This document shows, in pieces, positions 35,311-48,642 of a stretch of DNA of 64,000 nucleotides. The stretch is taken from the NCBI RefSeq assembly GCF_001194135.2, contig NC_068987.1:24579587-24643586 (forward strand), read 5' to 3'. Within the stretch, counting starts at the first letter, position 1. Every line of letters starts with the position of its first letter. A program made the translations under genes and the position numbers. The notes beneath the pieces were generated by a model. The model did not search any database. It worked only from the letters and a program-made list of their open reading frames with translations, and had not been told where the DNA came from. This DNA is from Octopus bimaculoides (lineage: Eukaryota).

Positions 35311-36188
35311 GGTGGCTCAAAAGTTACGAAGGAGTTTCACTATTTAATAACTTTTAAAATAATTATCTAATTTTTATTTTATTTCAGATTTATATAAAGA
35401 GGGACTTAAAATTTAAGCATGGAAAAGTACACTACTGAACAGCAAACACATATTGTGCAATTTTATTACCAAAACCAAGGATCAATAATTCAGACTCAAT
35501 GAGCATATTGTCGTCATTATGGAGCAATGAATTGTCTAAGTGAATCAATGGTCATTTTGAGGATGAAGGATCAGTAAGTGACCTTCCAACAATAGGTATG
35601 GGATGACTTTAGAAAAAGTGATAGGACATTATTTCTTTGAAAATAAGGTTTGGAGACATTGTTACTGTCACTGGAGATGTATACTGCTCCATGATCCAGA
35701 ATTTCTTACCTCTAGAGGTTCAAGATATGCCTGGTGTGTGGTTTTAACGGGATGGAGCCGCAGCTCACACAGCAAGGAACACAAATGGAAATGCTCAGGC
35801 AAATTTCTGATAGAAAATTAATTTCTTGATTTTCAGAAATAAATTGGCCATCTTGTTCTCCAGATTTAACCACTCCAGACTTTTTTTCTATGGGGATATT
35901 TTAATGAAAAAGTTTATGTCAACAAGCCTCAAACAATTTCAGATCTGAAAAATAACATTATTAGATCACTGCAGCTAGAGATATTAAGGGTTGTTATGGA
36001 AAACACCTTAGGAAGAGCACGTTTATGTGAATTGGATGCCATTTAAAAGATGTCATCTTTCACATCTAGGGGAAATAAATCTCATATCCTTTTTCTATAA
36101 CTTACCTACTACAAGATCACAATTTTTTTAAACAAAATAAACGAGATATTAAATATTGAAACATCTTCGTGACTTCTGGGCCAGCCTG
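35308..36188 (+). mobile_element. Internally deleted Tc1/mariner-superfamily element with both TIRs
   Basis: TA|CAGGGTGGCTCAAAAGTTACGAAG against CTTCGTGACTTCTGGGCCAGCCTG. Peptides MEKYTTEQQTHIVQFYY, WF.RDGAAAHT, NWPSCSPDLTTPDFF, KVYVNKPQT. Confidence 0.85.
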
Positions 36189-36202
36189 TGTGTGTGTGTG
36201 TG

Positions 36203-36253
<51 letters not shown>

Positions 36254-37299
36254 NNNNNNNNNNNNNNNNNNNNNNNNNNNNNNNNNNNNNNNNNNNNNNN
36301 NNNNNNNNNNNNNNNNNNNNNNNNNNNNNNNNNNNNNNNNNNNNNNNNNNNNNNNNNNNNNNNNNNNNNNNNNNNNNNNNNNNNNNNNNNNNNNNNNNNN
36401 NNNNNNNNNNNNNNNNNNNNNNNNNNNNNNNNNNNNNNNNNNNNNNNNNNNNNNNNNNNNNNNNNNNNNNNNNNNNNNNNNNNNNNNNNNNNNNNNNNNN
36501 NNNNNNNNNNNNNNNNNNNNNNNNNNNNNNNNNNNNNNNNNNNNNNNNNNNNNNNNNNNNNNNNNNNNNNNNNNNNNNNNNNNNNNNNNNNNNNNNNNNN
36601 NNNNNNNNNNNNNNNNNNNNNNNNNNNNNNNNNNNNNNNNNNNNNNNNNNNNNNNNNNNNNNNNNNNNNNNNNNNNNNNNNNNNNNNNNNNNNNNNNNNN
36701 NNNNNNNNNNNNNNNNNNNNNNNNNNNNNNNNNNNNNNNNNNNNNNNNNNNNNNNNNNNNNNNNNNNNNNNNNNNNNNNNNNNNNNNNNNNNNNNNNNNN
36801 NNNNNNNNNNNNNNNNNNNNNNNNNNNNNNNNNNNNNNNNNNNNNNNNNNNNNNNNNNNNNNNNNNNNNNNNNNNNNNNNNNNNNNNNNNNNNNNNNNNN
36901 NNNNNNNNNNNNNNNNNNNNNNNNNNNNNNNNNNNNNNNNNNNNNNNNNNNNNNNNNNNNNNNNNNNNNNNNNNNNNNNNNNNNNNNNNNNNNNNNNNNN
37001 NNNNNNNNNNNNNNNNNNNNNNNNNNNNNNNNNNNNNNNNNNNNNNNNNNNNNNNNNNNNNNNNNNNNNNNNNNNNNNNNNNNNNNNNNNNNNNNNNNNN
37101 NNNNNNNNNNNNNNNNNNNNNNNNNNNNNNNNNNNNNNNNNNATATATATATATATATATATATATATAGTATATATGCACACATACATATACACACATA
37201 TACACCCACACACACATATATAGTGTGTGTGTACGTGTGTGTGTGCATGCATATAACATGTTCAAGCTAGGTTTGATGACTTTCATGCCTTCTTTCAAG

Positions 37300-38137
37300 A
37301 ACAGCCTCCTATAATGAATAGTCAACTGTGTTGGAGAGCATAAAGATGAAAGTTGTAGTTGAGAAAATGTTAGCTGACATGGAGCACTGGAAGCCATCTG
37401 AATATTGGAAAAGAGTTACCTGTATCATGATGATTTGTGCTGTGTATCAAAATGCTGACATGATTGCTACGCATGCTCTGTGAGCACTGTAAAAGCTGTG
37501 AAGCATGACATGAACATCATGGAAACCAAGTTCTCACAATCTGTGATGGTCATTGAATATATCTTTAATGAGTGTGATGTTATGTTGTCCTGCATCTTTG
37601 AACAGTGCCTTTGGCTCAATTCAGATGGCTTTGTGAAGCTTCTGGAAACTCCTCAAACCCTACCTGGAGAGGGTTACTGTTAGGAGGTCATATGTATGGC
37701 AGCAGGATTCAGCTCCTTGCCATACCTTTGGGAAGTTTCAGAAGTGATTGTCTGAAAATTTCTATGGTCTTACCAGTCCCAATTTCTGGCCTCCTAATTC
37801 CTCCTGTTCTAATCCCATGGATTACTTATATATATGGGGCATGGTTCAGAAGGACACCAATTGCTCTGCCTACAACACCAAGGCTGAGCTGGTGGCCAAG
37901 ATCAAGGATGTGTTCAGAGATCTTTCTTGGAACACTGTGAGGAATGCATGCATCAGGTTCTGGAGTTGTCTTGAGGCTCCGGTGGAAGCTGAGGGAGACT
38001 ACTTTGAGTAAATTGTTATCATCTAGCCATAATCTAGTTGATATTTTTTGATTTTTAAAATCTATTTTATTTTTGGATGAGATATTATATTTTCTTTTTC
38101 TCTTATGTAAACTGTCAAATTTAGCCCAAACACCCTG
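37300..38137 (+). mobile_element. Tc1/mariner-superfamily (maT/DD37D-like) decayed transposase with the right end
   Basis: ORF 37748: FWPPNSSCSNPMDYLYIWGMVQKDTNCSAYNTKAELVAKIK...EAEGDYFE*. Terminus CACCCTG|TA. The left boundary is uncertain. Confidence 0.78.
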
Positions 38138-38223
38138 TATATATGTTTGTATCTACATGCACACACATTCATATGTCAACTTGCCATTGACTCACCTATG
38201 TGTTAGGCTGCTTTCTGTGATAA

Positions 38224-38316
38224 TTATAGTGCTCCCCCACCACTTGTTGACATCATTTGACTAAACATTGATGACGGCTTACTAAGGAGAACCTCTGGTG
38301 AATCAAATTCAATGAT
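38224..38316 (-). CDS. ABCC5: ABCC5-like terminal coding exon (93 bp including the stop)
   Basis: ctgtag|ATCATT...CTATAA. Encodes IIEFDSPEVLLSKPSSMFSQMMSTSGGGAL*, the typical ABCC (V/I)xEFDxP tail. Confidence 0.9.
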   Translation of the reverse strand: MIEFDSPEVLLSKPSSMFSQMMSTSGGGAL

Positions 38317-38839
38317 CTACAGAAGAGAAGAAAAAGTAACATGATTAAGATAAGCAACCAATTTCTAAACCACACAAAATCATTATCATAAACTGGTTAA
38401 AAATTTCATTATTATAAGTGCATGGTATCAACTTTGTGGTTCTGGTCTCTAGCATCAATATTGCCATCATCGTCTGTCCACTTTTCCATGCTGGCATGGG
38501 TCGGATGAAGCATGAGGCAGATTTTTCTATAGCTGGATGCTCTTCCTGTTGTCAAACCGCACTATTTTCCAAGTATGATAATATTTTTCCATGGTTAGAT
38601 ATGTTCTCACAAAATACAAGTGCTGGTGCCATGTAAAAAGTGCCTGTGTTGGTGCAGTGTAAAAGCACCTAGCACACTCTGTAAAGTGGTTGGTGTTAGG
38701 AAGGGCATCCAACTGTAGAAACCATGCCAAAACTGACATGGAGCCTAAACAGCCTTTCAGCTGGTCAGCTTCTGTCAAACCGTCTGACTCATGCCTGCAT
38801 GGAAAACAGACGTTGCTGATGATGATGAATGACTGCCTC

Positions 38840-39420
38840 TAAGGAAGTATGAAGAAGTAACAGGAGCCAAAATCAACTAGGAAAAATTGGTGAGCCAGTA
38901 GCTAGGTACTTTGTGAAGCAGGTTGAAGCCATTCAATAGTGTCTTGGAGATGGATGGATACTCCAGGGTCTGGTTTAGTCCAGACGTCTAAGTGGAGAAG
39001 AACTGGGATGAGATGGCAAGCAGTGGTAGGGGCTAATCTCATTTAGAAATGAGCTGGGAGGAAGCTATCTTTGAAGGGTTGAGCAGAGAAGTAGCAAAAA
39101 GTTTCATAGCCTTTGTCATTTATTACCACCTAACCATTGTGCTTTGCCCCAGTTTGTGTCTGACAGGTCTATATCTGCTCTTCTGCTTTTTTGTGTGTGG
39201 AAAGGATGCATTCCACTAATCAGGCACTCCATTGAGCTATGTGGAGGACTGGTCAAGCTGTAGATAAGCCTACATCTCTAGCAATCCCTTGATGGTGAAC
39301 ATGTTTTGGTGCTGTTTGTCAGATGTGTTCTTTTTCTACATCACATCTTTTTTTTGACAGAGCTGCAGTCTTGAATGAAGCAAGACTGTAACAGGACACT
39401 TATAATCTAGAATATTGTTA
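38840..39420 (+). mobile_element. Degenerate Tx1/L1-like LINE fragment
   Basis: KYEEVTGAKIN.EK, VWFSPDV.VEKNWDE and FVWKGCIPLIR peptides, recognised from memory of Tx1-clade ORF2. Confidence 0.5.
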
Positions 39421-40378
39421 AGCACTCACAGCTCTCTATCTGTTGCACAATGTGGTAGATGGAAGTTCTATGCTGGTGTTCTACTGAGGATTGTTTGTCT
39501 TGTGCTAAAATTTGAAACATTAGTATTATTAATAGTGTATTTTAATTTATTGCTGTACTTTCAAGCAAGTTATTTACCTTACAAGTAGGTGCACTTCTGT
39601 GTTTATGAGGTAAGTTGCACTACTGTCTACTTTAGGAGTAGGAAGGTATTTGTGTTGCCTCTAATTTATATTATGGAGGTTGTTTCTATATTCCCAGTTA
39701 TGTTGATTTAGTGCTGGTATTGTATTGCGGTAAAAACTCCCTGACTTTTATGTATTCACAGGTGGCCCTGTAAAATGTATATTAAGTGACTGTATTTGTG
39801 TGTGAAATTTAACTTGCAAGGTATTCGTCAGTCCAAAGGTAAGGAAGAAGAAATTAAATCAATGTACTGCACAATGGCATATTATCTGACATGAAGCAGT
39901 TTTGAAGTATGATTTAGCTTTTTAGGTCGTTGTTAACTGCAGTTATTAGCTTCATTGTCTTTGCTGCTTAAATACAGAACTCTTATAGGATTTGGGGATA
40001 TAGGTTCCTATTTAAAATCTTTTAGTCTAATTTCTTTGTGCATCTTACAGAACATCCTACATAGAACATGTATTGAGTACAACTTTTGTCTGTAATCATT
40101 ATTTAATCCCCTGTATTAAGTGATGATTTTTCTTATTGCAAATAACCTATTTCTGGTTACTTTCTTCATGTGTGATTTTATTCTTCAGAATTCTCCCTTA
40201 TATTTTTGGCTTGATTAGTTGTAATCAGCATCGTTTGCTAACAAGGAATAAGCTCTATGGAACTTTAATGGAGAAGGAATGCTGAGTTTTGATGTTCAAA
40301 TAGATTGAAGCTAATAGCTATAACAGAGTATCGGAACAGGATAATCTTAAAAAACAATAAAAGAAAACCAATGCATAC

Positions 40379-40543
40379 TTCTCCTTGGTCCATAACCAAT
40401 ATTTTATCGCAGTTTAATACTGTGTTCAGACGATGCGCAATTGTCAATACAGTATAGTCAGAAAAGACTCTAGCAATTGTTGCTTGTATTATAGCATCGG
40501 TTCCTGTATCTATGGAGGCGGTAGCTTCGTCCAGTAATAAAAT
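40379..40543 (-). CDS. ABCC5: ABCC5-like exon (165 bp) with Walker B and the H-loop
   Basis: ggctag|ATTTTA...GGAGAA|gtatgc. Encodes [55 protein letters not shown]. Confidence 0.95.
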
Positions 40544-41124
40544 CTAGCCAAGAGAAATAAAGAGAGACTCACTACTTTGATCATAACAGCATTTATGGCT
40601 GTGCTAAACATAAAACAGAAACAATCAACGAAAGAAAACTCAATAAACTATTTCACACATAGGTTAAAACATATAAAGTAGAAATCCAGAGCTGTTAGGC
40701 TCAGTGTAAGTTTTTTTTATTATCTTAAATAGACATTAACTTAGATTTAGGAATTTCCACACCATATGATGTATGAAACTGTCAGGGTGCTCCATTGATT
40801 ACACAGAGCAGTTAGAGCATTTAATTTATTATTTATTGTCCTATGCTAGATTTTTGGTGTTGCTCCAGGCACAAGTGTCTCTTCAGTGACACTTGATCTT
40901 CAATCATCCTCTTTTTCTCTGGTTTGTAGGCATCAACTGAAAGGCTTGGTTTATAGATGTTAAAGTAGACACTCTTAGTATATATCCAGCCAACAGAGTT
41001 GTCAGTTAAGGATGGTCAAGTGATAAAGAAATATGGGATTTCTGAAGAGCATTAACAACCTCAGCTTTACTTTTCATCCCTCTGGGGGCTGATATGTGAA
41101 GTATCAGTCTAGTACTGGAGGATG

Positions 41125-41630
41125 TTTCTTCTTCTTTTCCCCCTCTTCCTTTTTCATTTTCATCTTCTTCCTTCTTCATCTTCTTCTTTGTCTTCTTCCC
41201 TTTCCATCTTTCTTCTTCATCTTCTTCCTTCTTCATCTTCTTCTTTGTCTTCTTCCCTTTCCATCTTTCTTCTTCATTTTCTTCCTTCTTCATCTTCTTC
41301 TTTCTTCATCTTCTTCCTTCTTCTTCTTCTTTNNNNNNNNNNNNNNNNNNNNNNNNNNNNNNNNNNNNNNNNNNNNNNNNNNNNNNNNNNNNNNNNNNNN
41401 NNNNNNNNNNNNNNNNNNNNNNNNNNNNNNNNNNNNNNNNNNNNNNNNNNNNNNNNNNNNNNNNNNNNNNNNNNNNNNNNNNNNNNNNNNNNNNNNNNNN
41501 NNNNNNNNNNNNNNNNNNNNNNNNNNNNNNNNNNNNNCTTCTTCATCTTCTTCCTTCTTCATCTTCTTCCTTCTTCATCTTCTTCCTTCTTCATCTTCTT
41601 CCTTCTTCATCTTCTTCCTTCTTCATCTTT
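41125..41630. repeat. CT-rich low-complexity tandem repeat with a gap
   Basis: Repeated TTCATCTTCTTCCTTC units, which produce spurious K/E and F/S ORFs. Confidence 0.9.
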
Positions 41631-42300
41631 CACTCATTCACTCTAAAATCAATAATGGTGAATGAGTCCAAGAACACTGTTCACATCATCACCCCACCAA
41701 TCCTTTCCCCAACACTCTGTGGACTTGACAGAAAAATGAAGTACCAAAGGCATTATAACCATAACCATTTTGCCTTTTTCTATATCTAAGATTCTATTAT
41801 TCACATGTCTTCGCATGTCTCATTACCTTTATCATATAACAATTTCTAAAATAGACACAAGGATAGAAATCTGAGGGGAGGAACGGTATACTATATTGAT
41901 TCTAGTATTTGACTGGTACTCTATTTAATTGTCTCCAAAGGATGAAAGGGAAAAGCCGATCTCGGTGAGAGGTGAATGCAGAGCATAAAAAGCCTGAATA
42001 AACTGCAATGTATTTTCACAATTCTGCCAATTTACTGCCCTTACATTTACTGTAATAATTCTTTCTAATATAGGCACAAGGCCTGAAACTTTTGTGGGTT
42101 GGTGCTAATCAATTACATTGACATCAATGTTCAGCTGGTACTTAATTCATTGACTCAGAAAGGATAAAAAGCAAAGTCGACCTCAACAATCACAGACTGT
42201 AAAGCCAGAAGAAATGCCACTAAAACATTTTGTCTGGTGTGCTAACATTTCTGCCAGCTTACCACCTTTTTTTACTGCAATAATAAATGACAAAACTTAC

Positions 42301-42414
42301 CTTATTGTTCTTCAATAGTGCCCGTGCCATGCAAATTAGTTGCCTTTCTCCAACAGAAATATTTTCACCATTTTCTTCAACCATTGAGTCAAGACAATGC
42401 TCCATGCTCATGAT
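42301..42414 (-). CDS. ABCC5: ABCC5-like exon (114 bp) with the ABC signature (not in the ORF track)
   Basis: gatcag|ATCATG...AATAAG|gtaagt. Encodes [38 protein letters not shown]. Confidence 0.93.
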
Positions 42415-42541
42415 CTGATCAGTAACAAAATGATTAAAGATAAATTTGTGTTTTTTTTTTGGTCCTCATTTCATATATTAAAAACATCATTCTTTTTTAC
42501 TCAACATCGATAGATTCAGGCTAGTGTGCTTAGCTTTGATG

Positions 42542-42579
<38 letters not shown>

Positions 42580-42769
42580 NNNNNNNNNNNNNNNNNNNNN
42601 NNNNNNNNNNNNNNNNNNNNNNNNNNNNNNNNNNNNNNNNNNNNNNNNNNNNNNNNNNNNNNNNNNNNNNNNNNNNNNNNNNNNNNNNNNNNNNNNNNNN
42701 NNNNNNNNNNNNNNNNNNNNNNNNNNNNNNNNTTACATATGATTAAACTCAGAAAGTTTGCGAGGAACC

Positions 42770-43200
42770 CGTTGACCTAATTTGCTGACTTTTCTGATGG
42801 CATACAAGTATCAATGAATGGTTGAATGACCAAATCCAAGCTTCTCTGTTAGTTCCTCAACAGTTATGATGGGATTTTGTTCTACCAGGTTTTGCAGGAC
42901 GCCTTGTCAAGCTCTACAGATCTTCCAGGACGAGGCTTGTCTTTTAGGCTGTAGTTTCTGGCTTGGAATTTCAGGAACCACCGTTGATACTGGCTTATTC
43001 TTATTGTCCGATCCCCGTATACTGCATTAATATTCCTCGCACTTTCCATTGTGTTGTTGCCTTTATTGAACTCATAAAGCAAAATATGCCGAATATGCTC
43101 CTTTGTTGCTTCCATTATAGCTTTGAAAAAATAACTGTTAAAATCGAACTGCACTCTTCAAAATTTACACCAAGAATAAATACAAGGTAAAATTACTACC
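42770..43200 (-). mobile_element. Mariner transposase N-terminal HTH fragment
   Basis: MEATKEHIRHILLYEFNKGNN..ESARNINAVYG...QRWFLKFQARNYSLKDKPRPGR. Confidence 0.85.
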
Positions 43201-43378
43201 TGCTTTCATAGCAAGTTGATGCAGGTAGTTTATCCCGTCCCCCTCCAACTTTTAGTTCATGCAAATGAAAAAAACACATTATTTATGGGATGACTCACTA
43301 CACACACACACACACACACACGCTCATGGAGAGAAAAAGAGAAAGAAATTTTTAATATGAAAAGAACATCATACTTAC

Positions 43379-43457
43379 TTTGGACTTTATCTGTACTTTT
43401 TCCAGAGATTCCCACAGTTTTTCATCTGAGTACTCAGAGAAAGGGTCAAGATTGTAT
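43379..43457 (-). CDS. ABCC5: ABCC5-like exon (79 bp; not in the ORF track)
   Basis: ttgtag|ATACAA...TCCAAA|gtaagt. Encodes (R)YNLDPFSEYSDEKLWESLEKVQIKSK. Phase 2 to 0, which closes the phase gap between its neighbours. Confidence 0.93.
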
Positions 43458-44327
43458 CTACAAAGACGTAACTGTATGAATTTTCATGGAAATAAGGAAA
43501 CTATTTCAAAAGATAGTTTTGTAATAATATGAATCATGCATTATTGTTCCATTTTGATTGTATTCATTGTTACATACGTACGTACATACATACATACATA
43601 CATACATACATACATACATACGTATGAGTTGTGGAGAAAGGCTTGATAGAACCTCAGTTGTGCTGGGATGGACGGATCTTCTCAAGCACAACATATCACC
43701 ATTCATCTCGGTCCTCCATCATGTCTTCCGAGAGGCTCAACATCTTGGGGTTAGTCTTAACCACTTTGTCCTATGTATTCCTGAGTCTTCCTCTTCCACA
43801 AGCTCCTTCCATGTTCAGTGATCGGCTGTCCTCGTCCATCCACATTACATGACCTTACCCGCACCATCTTCTCTCCTGCACACCACATCTGATGCCTCTT
43901 ATGCCCAATTTATCTCTCAGGACGTTTGTACTTTGTCATACATGCACACTAACATTTCACATCGATTGGATGAGTATGGTCCTGATGAAATACACTTGCA
44001 TTATTTTCGACTATCATTATGTAATAATTATTAATATTAATTATGTAGTTGTTAATATCTATCGGTGTTGTCGAAACAGCTGTAGAAATGAAGCTTTTTG
44101 AACTATCAAGGATATTGTTTGCTTTCTAGTTTTTCTAATGATTTGCTCTCAGTATTTGTTTTAGCTAATCATAAACGCTATGCAGCATCAGACATGCTTG
44201 CATCGAGGTAAGGAAATATTGGAATTTAACGTGATGTTATAAATTGAACTCTAAACCATGTGGATTTTTTCTCTTCTGCATAAGTACCTAATCAGTGAGT
44301 TGAATTATATACATGTATGTATGTACG

Positions 44328-44361
<34 letters not shown>

Positions 44362-44399
44362 GGTATGCACGCGCGCGTGCACACACACACATACACACA

Positions 44400-44930
44400 C
44401 AGATGGTGTCTGTTTGTTGGTCCAGCGCTGGTGTCATCCACTACAGCTTGGTAAGTCAATTACAGCGGATATATACATCAACCAAGTGGATGAAATGATG
44501 AGTGAACTTGCAATTAAACAACTGAGATTGGTCAATAGACTGGCCAATTCTCTTGCAAGACAAAGCTCGACCACATGTTGCACAAAGAACGCTACTCAAG
44601 TTATAGAAACTGAACTTGGAAGTACTCTGTCATCTACCATATTCATCAGATCTTGCACCAACTGACTATCACGTTTTCTCGGCATTAGACAACTTTTTGC
44701 AAGGAAAATCTTCAGATTTGAAGAAGATGCAAAAACAGCCTTTCGTGATTTCATCACCTCTTGCTCTCCAGAACTCTTCGCTGCCAACATAAATAAGCTA
44801 CTAATAAAATGGCAAAATTGTGTTGATAATTTAGGTGCATACTTTGATTAACTGCATTGCTTTTTGTTGAGACAAAGTAAAATAAACTTTCAGTTTAAAA
44901 TTGAAACATTTCATTCTTAATGACCTGATA
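44400..44930 (+). mobile_element. Mariner transposase C-terminal fragment with TIR
   Basis: MVSVCWSSAGVIHY; QDKARPHVA; HLPYSSDLAPTDYHVFSALDNFL; KWQNCVDNLGAYFD*. Ends TGACCTGA|TA. Confidence 0.85.
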
Positions 44931-45103
44931 AAAATACTGTTCATCTCATGTTATAGTGCAAGTAGCTGAATATTCTACTGACAATTGTTCTTTTAGCCTA
45001 ATTCTCAGGCTGACTCAGCATTATTGCGTGATAAAGGTAACACTTTGAATTTTGGGTAGGTATTTATGCGTTTTCGCTAAATAAAAAAGAGATGCTGTCT
45101 TAC

Positions 45104-45263
45104 CTTATTGTGCCAGAAAATAGAACAGGGTCTTGTGGTATGATTGATATTTTCGATCTTAATTCATCTAGGTTAATCATACAAATGTCAACATCATCGA
45201 TTAAAACCTTTCCTTTGTCTACTTTCACAAGCCTGAACAGAATACTGCCCAGGGATGATTTGC
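45104..45263 (-). CDS. ABCC5: ABCC5-like exon (160 bp), end of Walker A and Q-loop
   Basis: tcacag|GCAAAT...ATAAG|gtaaga. Encodes (G)[52 protein letters not shown](R). Confidence 0.95.
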
Positions 45264-46811
45264 CTGTGACGAAATGAGGATAAACGAAATGCATGTTATT
45301 TCAAGCAACAAACCTAGTAAAGTTGATAGTGAAATAGTCGCTGACACATTTATTATGGTGAACAGAACTAAGCTAAGATTGTAAATGTGATGAGGACAGG
45401 TAAACTTTGATGAATAATGGTTAACTAAATCAAATAAGAATAATTAATATCAACAAAAGCAGTTTAATACCAACAAGCAATCTTTATATCCAACTTAACG
45501 TGAATGTTTTGTTAGAACACCAAATACTGAGTTATTTGCCTTGAGAGGACGTCTCATATTTNNNNNNNNNNNNNNNNNNNNNNNNNNNNNNNNNNNNNNN
45601 NNNNNNNNNNNNNNNNNNNNNNNNNNNNNNNNNNNNNNNNNNNNNNNNNNNNNNNNNNNNNNNNNNNNNNNNNNNNNNNNNNNNNNNNNNNNNNNNNNNN
45701 NNNNNNNNNNNNNNNNNNNNNNNNNNNNNNNNNNNNNNNNNNNNNAGGCCTGGATGGAGGCCCAACCTTCTGAGTTCTTTTACAGGGCTTAGAAAAACTG
45801 AAACCGCTGCAATAAGTGTGTGAAACTGAGAGGGCAATATGTTGAATAAAATTTTAACTAATTCTTCTGTAATTTCTTTTACCCAAAGCCAGGAACTTCT
45901 CAGCACCTACCCGTGCGCACATGCATGCACACAACCGCACACATATATCTGCATGTGTGTATTTATATATGTATATATGTATAAGTCTTCTTACACAGAA
46001 TTTCCTATCATAACCATGTTTTAAACAAACAAAGATCTATCTTAGCAACAAGGTTAGGCCAAAGTTGCGCCATTTCCGAGGAAGTTGCTGTTACTCTAGC
46101 CATTGTCTAATTGCCTCAGTGGGGGTGACCTATTTTCAGAGATAAAGGAACAAAATATTTCTTGATACGTCTGGGAGTTAGTTACAGAAACTAACAAACA
46201 GTATCTCTCACTACAAATAGCTCGCAGTAATTGCTTTGTGTATGTGTATACGTATTCCTTCATCCTTCATTCATATACAAGTGTCATCATCATCATCATC
46301 ATCATCATCGTCATTTAACGTCCGCTTTCCTTGCTGGCATGGAGTGGACGGTTGACTGAGCGCTGGGGAGCCAGAAGGCTGCACTCGACTCCAATCCGAT
46401 CTGGTAAAGTTTCTACAGCTGGATGTCCTTCCTAACGCCAACCACTCCGAGAGTAGAGTGTGTGCTTTTTNNNNNNNNNNNNNNNNNNNNNNNNNNNNNN
46501 NNNNNNNNNNNNNNNNNNNNNNNNNNNNNNNNNNNNNNNNNNNNNNNNNNNNNNNNNNNNNNNNNNNNNNNNNNNNNNNNNNNNNNNNNNNNNNNNNNNN
46601 NNNNNNNNNNNNNNNNNNNNNNNNNNNNNNNNNNNNNNNNNNNNNNNNNNNNNNNNNTTTCATTATATTCTCTACAAACACTTTGAAACACAAAGGCATA
46701 CCCATAATGCCCTTAAATATTACCACAATATGAATTTATAAAATAAACTTACACCAGTCTTCTCAGATACATTTATAGCACTCAAGAAAACGATTACAAA
46801 AAACATCTTAA

Positions 46812-47028
46812 TCCTTTGGCATTTAAACCTGACATATCTGGGCAAAATATTCTCCCGCTTTTATACCAGCTGGCAAGATCCAGCCAGCCTCTCACATCTA
46901 TTCTACAACGTCGTTCTAAAAGTAAACAATCACATCATCAGTATGTTGAAGCTATGAGATGATGCATGATTAATTCAAAACAATGTGAATAAAATATTAC
47001 ATTTGACAGAAATATGAATGTTAAAGGG
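46812..47028. mobile_element. piggyBac-type MITE with TTAA TSD
   Basis: TTAA|TCCTTTGGCATT...AATGTTAAAGGG|TTAA, 217 bp, non-coding. Confidence 0.8.
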
Positions 47029-47499
47029 TTAATAACATTGGATTAGACATATGTGCAACACACCAGAACACTACTACATAGTAGTGTTCTACATTGTTGT
47101 TGGCGCACTAGAACACTTTTGCAGAGTGGTAGCGTTCTAGTGTTCTTGTATCCTAAAAACACTATCTCACATAGTCCAGACATATCCACAATACCCTAAA
47201 ACATCATCATCACCACCACAACTACTACTGTTATAGTATTTTAAGAATATTATCCCTCACACTCAGTCTAGATAGATCTACAACACTTCACCCAAACACA
47301 TCTACAACACTAGCCCCAACAAAACGACCCCGCCAAAAAACACCAGCCCAAAGCGAAAAATACTTATCCATGCATCATAAAACCAGATAAACACAAAATA
47401 GTTGCACCAAAATCCTAATTAGCATCCCAACACCAACTCTACTGAGATGTATTTCCATCAATGATGAGTGTAAGGAGACAACTACTACGCTCCGACTGA

Positions 47500-48385
47500 G
47501 TTGACTTACCTGTCTTTTACCATGACCTCAACTAGACTCTCGATTCGTTCATCTCCTCTTCTTCGATCACGCATATTGTTTTTCTTTAAGATTCTCACTA
47601 CTAACCACTGTTCCCCATTATCTCCTCCACAGAACGTCGGTCCTCTGCAATTTCATCCTTGCATATGTTTTCCTGAAACCGTCTACTTGCAACTGTTCAA
47701 GAGGAATGTTAACCGCGTTGACCTCACAGGTTTTGGAGAAGCAGAAACGACCTTAGACATCTCTTCTTTCAGACTAATCTCTTCCTTGAAGGAAAGAAAT
47801 TTAATCTTCACTCAAGGCTGTAACTCCGTCAAAGAAACGAGCTGTGTGCAAACTGTGCCAGACAAAAGAATTGCCATAATGCTCGACGTCAAAAGTTTTG
47901 CATCTGTAGCTGCCTGTACACTTGCTTGTGCACCATCGAGCATAAAGTTCTAAGTCATCTACACAAAAGGTTTTCAATGTGGCCGAAGGTTCTAACCGTT
48001 GGAATCTGATCCTTCCACAAAAAGTGGAAGAGAAACCGTTCAAACCTAACCAAAGGCTCCCTGCAACAAAGTATGGCGGTCAAGCTGTAATAAATCCTGG
48101 AGGTATTATATGTCCACTTCTTCAGTGCATTACAGGTCAGGGACAACTCCATTGTCTTTTGCGCTTATTAACACTTCGATGTTCACACAGTTCCTACGCG
48201 ACTACATGTTGCAAGTCACCCTCTGCAATCACCACATGTCTATACTGTTGCACGAAATTAACAAGCCAAGGCTCGATGTCTGTATCAATATGTCTGGGTG
48301 TAATCCTAGTCTTCCTGTAACCAATATACTGTGATATGTGCCTGTGGTTAGAGGTGTGGCGCAACAACTCTACCTGTCTACCTTG
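47500..48385 (-). mobile_element. Degenerate Tx1/L1-like LINE fragment
   Basis: LVRFERFLFHFLWKDQIPTVR and TQLVSLTELQ peptides, related to the 38840 fragment. Many disruptions. Confidence 0.5.
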
Positions 48386-48393
48386 TTCTAGGC

Positions 48394-48642
48394 CAGTGTT
48401 TCTCAACTATTTTTTGCTTATGGACTCCTTTGATTCCTATTTTACAAAGATGGACCCCATAACCCTTCGATGCTCAAAAACATCATACATTTTTATGATC
48501 AAATATTATTTAGAACTGTAATAAAAAAATTGCTAAAATATTTTGTGTATTGTAGGAGTCTAACCAATTTATTGCAGGTAAATTTTAACAAAATCGTATA
48601 TGGATCCCTAAGGGCCATATGGACTCCGGTTGAGAACCACTG
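48394..48642. mobile_element. hAT (Charlie-like) MITE
   Basis: TIRs CAGTGTTTCTCAAC and GTTGAGAACCACTG, with 8-bp flanks TTCTAGGC and TTCCAAGC (6/8 match). Confidence 0.82.

Noticed and set aside
34751-35370. Multiple Y/I/C/V-rich ORFs
   Set aside because: Translations of a compound (TA/TG) microsatellite.
41006-41665. K/E-rich and F/S-rich ORFs
   Set aside because: Translations of a CT-rich simple repeat within an ABCC intron.
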